Below are positions 20,689 to 28,595 of a stretch of DNA of 64,000 nt, piece by piece. Both the position numbers and the translations under genes were made by a program. The stretch spans positions 1 through 64,000 of the forward strand of contig JAWACY010000001.1 in assembly GCA_038896535.1 (NCBI GenBank). The letters run 5' to 3'. Under the pieces are notes generated by a model that searched no databases, had not been told where the DNA came from, and worked only from the letters and a program-made list of their open reading frames with translations. How positions within the stretch are numbered: position 1 is the first letter of the stretch; each line of letters opens with the position of its first letter. Origin of the DNA: Candidatus Anstonellales archaeon. Lineage in GTDB: Archaea; Micrarchaeota; Micrarchaeia; Anstonellales; J096.

Positions 20689-21255
20689 TTATATGCCAAA
20701 AGTATATAAAAGGCTTACCCAAGCAGCAACAGAAAATGGCACCCATATGTTGTCATCAATAACAGCATATCTTTCCATTAACATAGCAAAAAATGCTGTT
20801 AGAAATGAAAAAATTAATGGAAAACCTATTAGTATATATGAGAACAAAAGCGGGATAAAGCCCAAAAATGACCCAATAAAACTTTTTCCTTTTGTATTAA
20901 ATGCTCTTCCTCCAAGTGTTGAAAAACCATCCCCTATTGCAAGTGCCAAACATGCTGCAATGAATGTTGATAAATTAATGTGTTGGAATGAAGACAAGAA
21001 AAGCAATGATGCAAAATAAAATACTGCGCCTTTTGCTGGGAATATGCTGTTTTCTTCCTTTCTTGTTATGTTATTAAGACGCCCAGGCCCGCCATATACG
21101 AGCACACTATTTATATAAATGAGAATCAACAACAGCAATAAAAATAGTATATAAGATGTTATTTGCAAACCCAATACAAGTGCTATAGCTGCTATTATTA
21201 TGCCAGCATATATGTGTATTATCTGCCTTATTATTTCTTCCAATACAACCACCAT
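20689..21255 (-). CDS. Dolichol/phytol kinase-like (CTP-dependent polyprenol kinase) membrane protein
   Basis: RQIIH, GDGFSTLGG, KSFIGS, DDNIWVP. Confidence 0.8.
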   Translation of the reverse strand: MVVVLEEIIRQIIHIYAGIIIAAIALVLGLQITSYILFLLLLLILIYINSVLVYGGPGRLNNITRKEENSIFPAKGAVFYFASLLFLSSFQHINLSTFIAACLALAIGDGFSTLGGRAFNTKGKSFIGSFLGFIPLLFSYILIGFPLIFSFLTAFFAMLMERYAVIDDNIWVPFSVAAWVSLLYTFGI

Positions 21256-21674
21256 ATCTCAATATTTATTAATGCCAATGCAAGGCCTGCAATAACTTCC
21301 TGTATAGTGTGCACGCCCAAAATAAGCCTTGTGAATGAAACAAAAAATGCAAAAAACATATATAACCAAAAATCTTCTTTATCTATCCTTAATAGGGCAA
21401 GGGAAAATGCAAGTGTTGCATGCCCAGAAGGAAATGCAAAATCATCAAAGCATGGAATAGGAGTATTACAAACGCGTGGAAGAGCAAATATTTGTTTCAC
21501 TATAAATGTGACAATTCCAGAAAAGAAAATGAAAAATGCACCCTTCCATTTATCCAATAAATAGGCAATCAGTATTATCAATGGTATGAATATAAAATTA
21601 TTATTTAAAATCATGGCAATTGCATATACAAATGAAAAAATAAGTGAAGAAAATGTTGAAATAATATCACTCAT
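21231..21674 (-). CDS. PAP2 family phosphatase
   Basis: K-x6-R, FPSGHA, R-x5-H. Confidence 0.9.
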   Translation of the reverse strand: MSDIISTFSSLIFSFVYAIAMILNNNFIFIPLIILIAYLLDKWKGAFFIFFSGIVTFIVKQIFALPRVCNTPIPCFDDFAFPSGHATLAFSLALLRIDKEDFWLYMFFAFFVSFTRLILGVHTIQEVIAGLALALINIEIWWLYWKK

Positions 21675-23251
21675 ATACTTATATTAGTGTTAAAATATAT
21701 AAATATTTCAGTAATAGTAAAAAATGAGAAATATATAAGTTCTGCTGTTCTATTGCTTTCCATTGTTGATATAAAAATTGCTGATAAAGAGCTTATCATA
21801 ATGAGATATGCCGGCACAATTGAAAACCTTAACAATGTCAGGAAGTTTTCATCTATTATATCAAGGCCGGATATTATTGAAAATGCAGATGATAATATAA
21901 TGGGGATTAGCAATGCCCCTATGATTAAAGAATATTTTTGAATTGATAACATGGATATTCTTTCTCTTTTTAACTCTGAAAAATTTAATATGTCTTCTGC
22001 AAGTTCTGCAAGCTTTTCAGTAACATGTTTTCCTGTTTTAAAAGAATATTCAAGTATTTCCATTGTTTTTTCAAAAAGCTCTGATTTTATTCTGGTTTTC
22101 AAATCATGCATTACTTTATCAATTGAAACGAGATTTATAATCTGCTTGTGTGCAATGCAAAATTCAGTCGAAAGCCTGCCTTTTGCATGCTTGCACATAG
22201 AATAAAAGAAGTCTTTTATATGTGCTCCCTTTGGCAATGATGAAGCCATGAGAAGGCCATCGCCAAGACTGTTTTCTATCTCTTCTATTTCCTTTCTCTC
22301 TCTATATTCTTTAATGAAATAAAATGACGATATGGCAAAAAATATTATTATTGCCAAAAACTTTAATTGAAAGTCAATGTTAAAGAAAAATAATAATGCC
22401 AATATCGATGCTGGAAGTAATGTTATTATTGACATGCCCTTATTTGCAAACATTACTGGTGGGAAAAATGCGACTGCCAATAAGATGATAAAAAATGAGA
22501 ATGCAGGCACAAGAATATCTATTATTAGTATTGCATTAAACACATTATCTGCACTGCTATTCTCTATTGTTCCAGATAATATCGTTGATATAATATAAAG
22601 AACTGGGGCAATAATTGTAAATATTATAAAAAATAGTGCAAGCATAGAACTTTTTGCTGCATAATCCTTTAACTTATGCCTTTGCATGTTAAGCATCTCG
22701 TCTCCAAGCCTTTTCAACTCTTCTCCACCGCCATGCTGATATGATGATATGATTTGCGCTATTGCTCTTTTTGTTGTATCTGTTCCAAAACGGGAAGAAA
22801 AGTCATAAAGTGCTTTTTGCACTGCAACGCCTTGTTTTATCTCTTTTATAACCGGTTTAAAATAAATTGATACTGCCCCTTCACGTGTTGCTAATTCAAG
22901 TGCATTTGAAAATGGAATGCCAATTTTCATCAATGAACCCAGTTGTCTTAAAAAAAGTGGCATTTCGCTTTCTATTTCTCTTTTTACTGATTCAAACTCT
23001 ATGAATGGCAGGGCATAAATAAAAATTGAAAAAAGAAAAAATAGCATGCCTGCATAGAAATTTAAATAAGTAAAAATGGCAGAAAATAAAATAAGAAAGA
23101 TGCATAATGTTACATATCTTTCAGCCTCAATGGGAATATGAAGATTTAAAAAAATATGTTGCAAACGCTTTACATCTATCTTTATTGCTGGCATATATGT
23201 TGCTATTTTTGCTATTTCTTTAACCAATGCCATAAAAATGCCTCTGCACAA
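21671..23251 (-). CDS. Type II secretion / type IV pilus platform protein (TadC/GspF-like, two repeats)
   Basis: Duplicated T2SSF-like segments with TM helices; adjacent ATPase; start possibly MALVKE. Confidence 0.8.
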   Translation of the reverse strand: MCRGIFMALVKEIAKIATYMPAIKIDVKRLQHIFLNLHIPIEAERYVTLCIFLILFSAIFTYLNFYAGMLFFLFSIFIYALPFIEFESVKREIESEMPLFLRQLGSLMKIGIPFSNALELATREGAVSIYFKPVIKEIKQGVAVQKALYDFSSRFGTDTTKRAIAQIISSYQHGGGEELKRLGDEMLNMQRHKLKDYAAKSSMLALFFIIFTIIAPVLYIISTILSGTIENSSADNVFNAILIIDILVPAFSFFIILLAVAFFPPVMFANKGMSIITLLPASILALLFFFNIDFQLKFLAIIIFFAISSFYFIKEYRERKEIEEIENSLGDGLLMASSLPKGAHIKDFFYSMCKHAKGRLSTEFCIAHKQIINLVSIDKVMHDLKTRIKSELFEKTMEILEYSFKTGKHVTEKLAELAEDILNFSELKRERISMLSIQKYSLIIGALLIPIILSSAFSIISGLDIIDENFLTLLRFSIVPAYLIMISSLSAIFISTMESNRTAELIYFSFFTITEIFIYFNTNISI

Positions 23252-24572
23252 AAAAGAAAAATTCTTTATAATTATCAGGGGCTTTTTTTATAAGCTCTTC
23301 CCTTCTTTTTATTTCCTCCTTTACATCACTTTTCCCCATACCAAGTCTGTTGCCAATAAAAGTATATAATGAATCAAGGTTTTTAAATTCCCATGAATCA
23401 TTTGCTATGTGATATTTTATTATATTTATAAGTTGTTCATTATATATTGACAGTTCAACAAGCCTTCTCCTCTCTTCTATTGCCCTTTTCTCTTTATCAT
23501 ATATCAACATTCTCTTTTGAACAGCAATAACATCAATTGAATTAATGTCCATTTTTGAAATGCCAAAGCTTAAAAGGCGAGATAATGCCTCATTTCCTGA
23601 CTTTGCATGGAATGTTGCATATGCCCCTCTTGCTTGGCCAGCAAGTAAAACATCTATTAATGCTCTTGCTTCCTCGGCATTTCTTATTTCCCCAACAACA
23701 ACCCTATCAGGCCTCATTCTTAAACTATCATAAACAAGGTCCATTAATGTTATTTCCATGTCCTTGCTTGCCAACAATTTAAGTTTATGCTCGTGCAATG
23801 GATTTATTTCAGGGGTTTCTTCTGTTACTAAAAGCCTTTCATTAGCAGGACAAAAAGAAAAAAGGCTGTTTAGCAGTGTTGTTTTGCCGCTTGCGGTATT
23901 GCCAGCAACAATTAAAGAAAAATCACCTTGCATAAAAAAACTAAGCAACACAGCAGCGTTTATTGGCATTGCTTTCAGATTAACAAGTTCTTTTATTGAC
24001 AAAGGCCTTTGTCTGAATTTTCTTATTGTAAGCTCTCCTTCTGATATTGGCGGCATAGAAGCATGTAATCTTGAACCGTCTGGCAGTGTAGTATCAAGCC
24101 TTGGGTGTTGCAATGTTATCCTTCTCCCCAATACAGAAGCCATTTTATTAACAACATCCATTAAATAGTCAATGCTTGTTATTTCTGCATTCGCTTTTTG
24201 CCAACCTTTGTTAGATATAAATACATAAGCTGGTTTATTTAACCCTATTATTGCTATCTCTTCTATTGAATCATCATTAAGTAAATACTCAAAAAAACCA
24301 AGGCCATATATATGCTTATACGCTATATCAGTTAAATACTGCATCTGATGTTCTTTTAACACATACCCATTATTATTACATGCTTTTTCCAATGCTTTAG
24401 TTAGCTCTTTTATAAGATCATCTTTTGATTGAAATTCCCTTATTCTTGTTATCTCTCTAAAATGGCCTTCTATTTCAATTATCAGTTCTTCTTCCTCTTC
24501 ACTCAATATTGGCATATTTATTTTGTATTGGCCTTCTTTTGTTATGCGCCAGCCTATAAGGCCTTTAGCCAT
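23220..24572 (-). CDS. Type IV pilus / secretion ATPase (CpaF/VirB11 family)
   Basis: LPDGSR, TIRKF, GNTASGKTT, LRMRPDRVVVGEIR, TFHA. Confidence 0.92.
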   Translation of the reverse strand: MAKGLIGWRITKEGQYKINMPILSEEEEELIIEIEGHFREITRIREFQSKDDLIKELTKALEKACNNNGYVLKEHQMQYLTDIAYKHIYGLGFFEYLLNDDSIEEIAIIGLNKPAYVFISNKGWQKANAEITSIDYLMDVVNKMASVLGRRITLQHPRLDTTLPDGSRLHASMPPISEGELTIRKFRQRPLSIKELVNLKAMPINAAVLLSFFMQGDFSLIVAGNTASGKTTLLNSLFSFCPANERLLVTEETPEINPLHEHKLKLLASKDMEITLMDLVYDSLRMRPDRVVVGEIRNAEEARALIDVLLAGQARGAYATFHAKSGNEALSRLLSFGISKMDINSIDVIAVQKRMLIYDKEKRAIEERRRLVELSIYNEQLINIIKYHIANDSWEFKNLDSLYTFIGNRLGMGKSDVKEEIKRREELIKKAPDNYKEFFFFVQRHFYGIG

Positions 24573-24622
24573 GTTTTATTAAATGCATTTATTTTTTAAA
24601 ATGTTCTTTATATTATTCTATT

Positions 24623-25057
24623 ATGGTAAATGGGGGGCAGGAAAAATTTAATACAGCAAACAACGGAACAAAAAATGAAGTAAAAAAGGCAGATAATGAA
24701 AGTGGGGCAGAGCTTGGAATAGAAACAAAGAAAATAAGATTTTGGCTTAAATTGTCAAAGTCATTGGTAACAAGCAGGGCATTTATAGCATTATTAAGTG
24801 CATTACTTGGTGTTGGCGGGACAGAATTAAAACACAGCTTTGAAAAACACAATCCATTGGAAGAAAGGTATATGTGCAAACCAAATATAACAATAAAAGC
24901 AGAACAAGGAAAATATGTTGAGATATGCGGGTGTTATGTAAGAGTTGAAGATATTATCAAAGCAGATGGAAAAAAAGATGGAAAAAGAGACATAGTTGAG
25001 CTAACATGCAAAGAAAAAAAGGAGAAAAATGAAAGTAATGGAGATAATGAAGAATAA
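24623..25057 (+). CDS. Hypothetical membrane-anchored protein
   Basis: One hydrophobic segment and four Cys in the C-terminal domain. Confidence 0.6.
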   Translation: MVNGGQEKFNTANNGTKNEVKKADNESGAELGIETKKIRFWLKLSKSLVTSRAFIALLSALLGVGGTELKHSFEKHNPLEERYMCKPNITIKAEQGKYVEICGCYVRVEDIIKADGKKDGKRDIVELTCKEKKEKNESNGDNEE

Positions 25058-25071
25058 ACATAATTGCAACA

Positions 25072-25317
25072 CTATTTCTTAAAAGATACTGATAAATAGA
25101 GATTTAAAAATGCTATTAAGCTTGCAACAACGTTTAGAATAAGAAATGCCATATCATTAAGCAATAAAGCATGATAAGCAAGCATTGAAGAGCCAATGGC
25201 ATATAAAAGAGCAAATGCTGGATTTATTGTTCTTTTTTCTTTTATTGCTGAATATGTTTCTGGAATCCAGCCAAGCAATATAAGTACAACACCAATAAAG
25301 CCAATGTAAGATGCCAT
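25072..25317 (-). CDS. Small 3-TM PQ-loop/SemiSWEET-like protein
   Basis: IG.IG..LIL.GWIPE followed by two more TM helices; start moved to the ATG at 25317 to avoid overlap. Confidence 0.65.
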   Translation of the reverse strand: MASYIGFIGVVLILLGWIPETYSAIKEKRTINPAFALLYAIGSSMLAYHALLLNDMAFLILNVVASLIAFLNLYLSVSFKK

Positions 25318-25339
25318 TATTAAATAATAGTGCAGAATT

Positions 25340-26362
25340 TTAAATATTACTCCAAAACCCTGTTTTATTTTCCCTGCTGTATTTACATAAAGCAGAAACA
25401 GGGCATTTATCACACAATGGTTTTATAGCTTTGCATATTGTTTGGCCATATGCAACAAATGCAAGATTAACATTTTTCTTATTATCATCATTTAGGAAGT
25501 ATAGGGCCTTTTCTGTTTCCTTTGGTTCATTTGTATTAACAATGCCCAACCTGTTTGATAAACGATGTACATGTGTATCTACTCCTATATAAGGCATGCC
25601 TTTTTCTGCTAAAAATACATTGGTAGTTTTTATGCCTATGCCAGGCAATTTCAAGAGTTCTTGCTTTATTTTTGGAATGCCATTTTCATTTACATATTTT
25701 GCTATTTTTATTAAATGCTTTGCCTTTTGTTTGTAAAATGCAACTGGTTTAATAAGATTTGCAATATTCTCTTCATCTGCGTTTGCTATTTGTTCAGCAT
25801 TTTTATATGCCTCAAAAAGTCTTTTACATGCGCTATATGTTACATCATCTCTTGTCCTTGCTGAAAGAAAGATAAAGACAAGTCTTTGAAAATCATCTCC
25901 TTTATCTATAAAAAGGACTGGTGCTCTTTTTTCCCTTCCTATGTTCAAAAAAATGTTTATGAGATAATGCACATAGACATTTAAACCGTCAACAAGGATT
26001 TTGTTATGATCAAATGCAAGTTTTGTTTTTATTGCTTTATGTAAAGGCATTAATATCGGCATTGTTTCATTACTTTTTTTTAGCATGTGCTTTGCATGCT
26101 TTGGCTTGCATAGATATGCAACACTTGCAACATCTCTTTCATCCCTTTCCTTTGAACTATAAGCCCCTATTATATTTATAATGTCTGCATCAATGCCTGT
26201 TTCTTCTTTTACCTCTCTTTTTAACGCATGTTCATAGCTTTCATAGGGTTGTAAAAAACCGCCAGGCAATGCCAAATGCGATTTAAACGGCTTTTTTTTC
26301 CTTTTTACTAATAACACATTTCCAGCAATAATAACAAGGCCATCAACAGCTGCTTTTGGCAT
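25340..26362 (-). CDS. Nudix hydrolase-endonuclease III fusion
   Basis: Nudix box LPGG...ESYEHALKREVKEETG; HhH LPGIGIKT; VDTHVHR; C-x6-C-x2-C-x5-C 4Fe-4S motif. Confidence 0.9.
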   Translation of the reverse strand: MPKAAVDGLVIIAGNVLLVKRKKKPFKSHLALPGGFLQPYESYEHALKREVKEETGIDADIINIIGAYSSKERDERDVASVAYLCKPKHAKHMLKKSNETMPILMPLHKAIKTKLAFDHNKILVDGLNVYVHYLINIFLNIGREKRAPVLFIDKGDDFQRLVFIFLSARTRDDVTYSACKRLFEAYKNAEQIANADEENIANLIKPVAFYKQKAKHLIKIAKYVNENGIPKIKQELLKLPGIGIKTTNVFLAEKGMPYIGVDTHVHRLSNRLGIVNTNEPKETEKALYFLNDDNKKNVNLAFVAYGQTICKAIKPLCDKCPVSALCKYSRENKTGFWSNI

Positions 26363-26363
26363 A

Positions 26364-27209
26364 TCACAACCTTTTTAATATTGTATTCAGTTCCTCCCCT
26401 ATTTCAACAATGCCAGCCTCTGAAATATTCAATATTCTTGTTTTCTGATCATGACTGCACATTCTGCAACCATCTATCCTTATTGTCCTTAAAATGCTGC
26501 CCATTTGTATCCCATATAATGTTTCATCATATTTTGTTGTTATTATTTTTTTATCAAATACAATGCTTCCATCAACAATATGAGCAACACCCAATCCACC
26601 AGCTGATTCAACTGTTGCCTGATCTTGGCTTGTTCTTTTTTGCGATATTAAGATTGATGTCTGCTTTTTTTGCTTTAAAAAATTATAAAGCTTCCTTGTA
26701 ACAACTCTTGCTTTTAATTCCTTGTGCTCATAAAGTCCTGTTGCTGAATCTACTATTGTTATTGTCGTTTGCTTGCTTTCTATTGCCTCATCAAGCAATT
26801 GCAAAACTCTGTTGATGTCTTCCATGATTTTTTCTTCTTGTGAGATATCAACAACAACAATATTCCTTGCAACAGTATCAAAAGGCTTTGCCATTACTAA
26901 ACATCGTTCTTTTATTGCATTATACAAGAAAGTGCCTTGTGTCTCTGTTGATAATATGCATACATTATAACCCATACTTGCCTGAAAAACAGCAAATTGT
27001 AATGAAAAAAGGCTCTTTCCTGTATCAGGGCTGCCAACAAAATTCATAACAGAGAGGTATGGCAGCCCATTTAATGTCTTTCTCATAAGTCTTCCTTCAT
27101 GCGTTTCAAAATAATAGAACATCTCATCCAGCTTTGTGCCTGTCTTTATACCAAACAGCTTTGGTGCCTTATTTCCCAGTTCGTCAAGAGAAAATATATA
27201 TTTATCCAT
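26364..27209 (-). CDS. KaiC/RAD55-like RecA-superfamily ATPase (resembles the AF_0795 family)
   Basis: GSPDTGKS Walker A, IVDS Walker B, SQKR, AGGLGVAHIVDG, IDGCRMCSH. Confidence 0.85.
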   Translation of the reverse strand: MDKYIFSLDELGNKAPKLFGIKTGTKLDEMFYYFETHEGRLMRKTLNGLPYLSVMNFVGSPDTGKSLFSLQFAVFQASMGYNVCILSTETQGTFLYNAIKERCLVMAKPFDTVARNIVVVDISQEEKIMEDINRVLQLLDEAIESKQTTITIVDSATGLYEHKELKARVVTRKLYNFLKQKKQTSILISQKRTSQDQATVESAGGLGVAHIVDGSIVFDKKIITTKYDETLYGIQMGSILRTIRIDGCRMCSHDQKTRILNISEAGIVEIGEELNTILKRL

Positions 27210-27262
27210 GATTTATATTGCTTCATTATATTTAAAACCTTATGTTATAGGCAATCGTGTAA

Positions 27263-28231
27263 TTGCAAAGGCTTTTAAATATTAACTTCGTAATTTTATA
27301 TATGTTGGGGGTTGGGGAGAGGTTAAGAAATAGATGTTTGGGCAATGTTGATAGAGAACAGAGGAAGTCATTTAGAAAGATCATGAGCAAATTAAACACT
27401 GGGCTGAAGCGCTTTAAAATGCGCTTCCTTGCATTCATAGTGCCTGCCTTATTAAGCATGTCTTCTTTATCCTGTGCTCAATTTATGCAAAGAATAAGGG
27501 TTGAAACACCATTTAGTAATCATATTGTAGCAAATAACAGCAATGATTTTAATGCTGGACAAGAACAAAGAAAGTCTGATGAAACATTAACAAGCATAGA
27601 AAGAGTTTATGGAAAAAATACAAAAAATGGCTATAATTACAAGGGCTTCTCATTATCAAGTTTCGATAAAGACAGGCTTTTACAGTTCTCACTTTCTTTA
27701 TTATCTAGTGAGCAGCATATGATAGGAAAAGATGAAAGTTCAATAACAACGCCAAAAATCCCAGAGGATATATTAAATAGCGATGAAGCCGAGCTTATTA
27801 AAAGGCTTATAGAAAACAAAGAAATTGCCAGAATAGAGAAAGAAACAAAAAGAAGAGAATTTCTTATCAGCCCTGCTGTTTATATTAACTTTTTCTCTAT
27901 TTCTTACCCTGATGATATTAAAGAAAAGTTTAGATTAAGGCTCCATATCCTTGGTGGAGTTCAATATACATACATATGGAGATTTGATACAAGCAAATAC
28001 ACAATTTATACAAAAGACATTGTTAGTGAGGATGAAAAGAATTTAGGAAAAATCAATATACCCTTTACGTCAAGCGATGATGATGAAAGAATAGACTTAT
28101 GCTTTAAAGTACAAGGAAACATTGCCCTATTAAATTTTTATATAAATAACTGCTTAGCTCCAAAACCTTCTGGCCCATTTAAATACAATCCAGAGCATAC
28201 TCTATCAATAGGCGTTGGCATAATTTTCTAA
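27263..28231 (+). CDS. Hypothetical exported protein with beta-rich character (start uncertain, possibly 27302 or 27419)
   Basis: Signal/lipobox-like MRFLAFIVPALLSMSSLSC; amphipathic strands; C-terminal LSIGVGIIF. Confidence 0.65.
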   Translation: MQRLLNINFVILYMLGVGERLRNRCLGNVDREQRKSFRKIMSKLNTGLKRFKMRFLAFIVPALLSMSSLSCAQFMQRIRVETPFSNHIVANNSNDFNAGQEQRKSDETLTSIERVYGKNTKNGYNYKGFSLSSFDKDRLLQFSLSLLSSEQHMIGKDESSITTPKIPEDILNSDEAELIKRLIENKEIARIEKETKRREFLISPAVYINFFSISYPDDIKEKFRLRLHILGGVQYTYIWRFDTSKYTIYTKDIVSEDEKNLGKINIPFTSSDDDERIDLCFKVQGNIALLNFYINNCLAPKPSGPFKYNPEHTLSIGVGIIF

Positions 28232-28249
28232 TATTGAAGTTAAACATAA

Positions 28250-28475
28250 ATAACCTTACTCCCCAACTTCCGCCACACCTCTTCCCTGCTCCTATTTTAG
28301 CCAGCTTACTCCCCTTCATACTCCTAGTTTTCTTTTTACCTACTCCTTCTGCCGCCTTTTTTCCTTTTACCGCTTTTTTGCCTGCTCTTTTGCCTCTCCC
28401 CCCTTTTCTCCTTTACCTTTCCACTTCGCCTTTCTCCCAGCCTGCTTTTTGTTTTGTTTTTGCCTTTTGTTCTGA
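28250..28475. other. Strongly pyrimidine-rich (+ strand) low-complexity intergenic tract
   Basis: About 225 nt dominated by C/T between convergent genes, followed by an A-rich tract at about 28505-28560. Confidence 0.6.
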
Positions 28476-28595
28476 TTAAGTTTATTAAGACCAGTTAAGA
28501 TTAGCAATAAAAAGATAAAAGAAAAGAAGAAAAGAAGATAAAAAAGAAAAAAGATAAAACTCCTTAACCTCAACAGCAGTTAATAACACTTAAAT

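Noticed and set aside
28234..28573. ORFs 28234-28479 (+) and 28367-28573 (-)
   Set aside because: They are products of the low-complexity tract, with TTG starts and biased composition.
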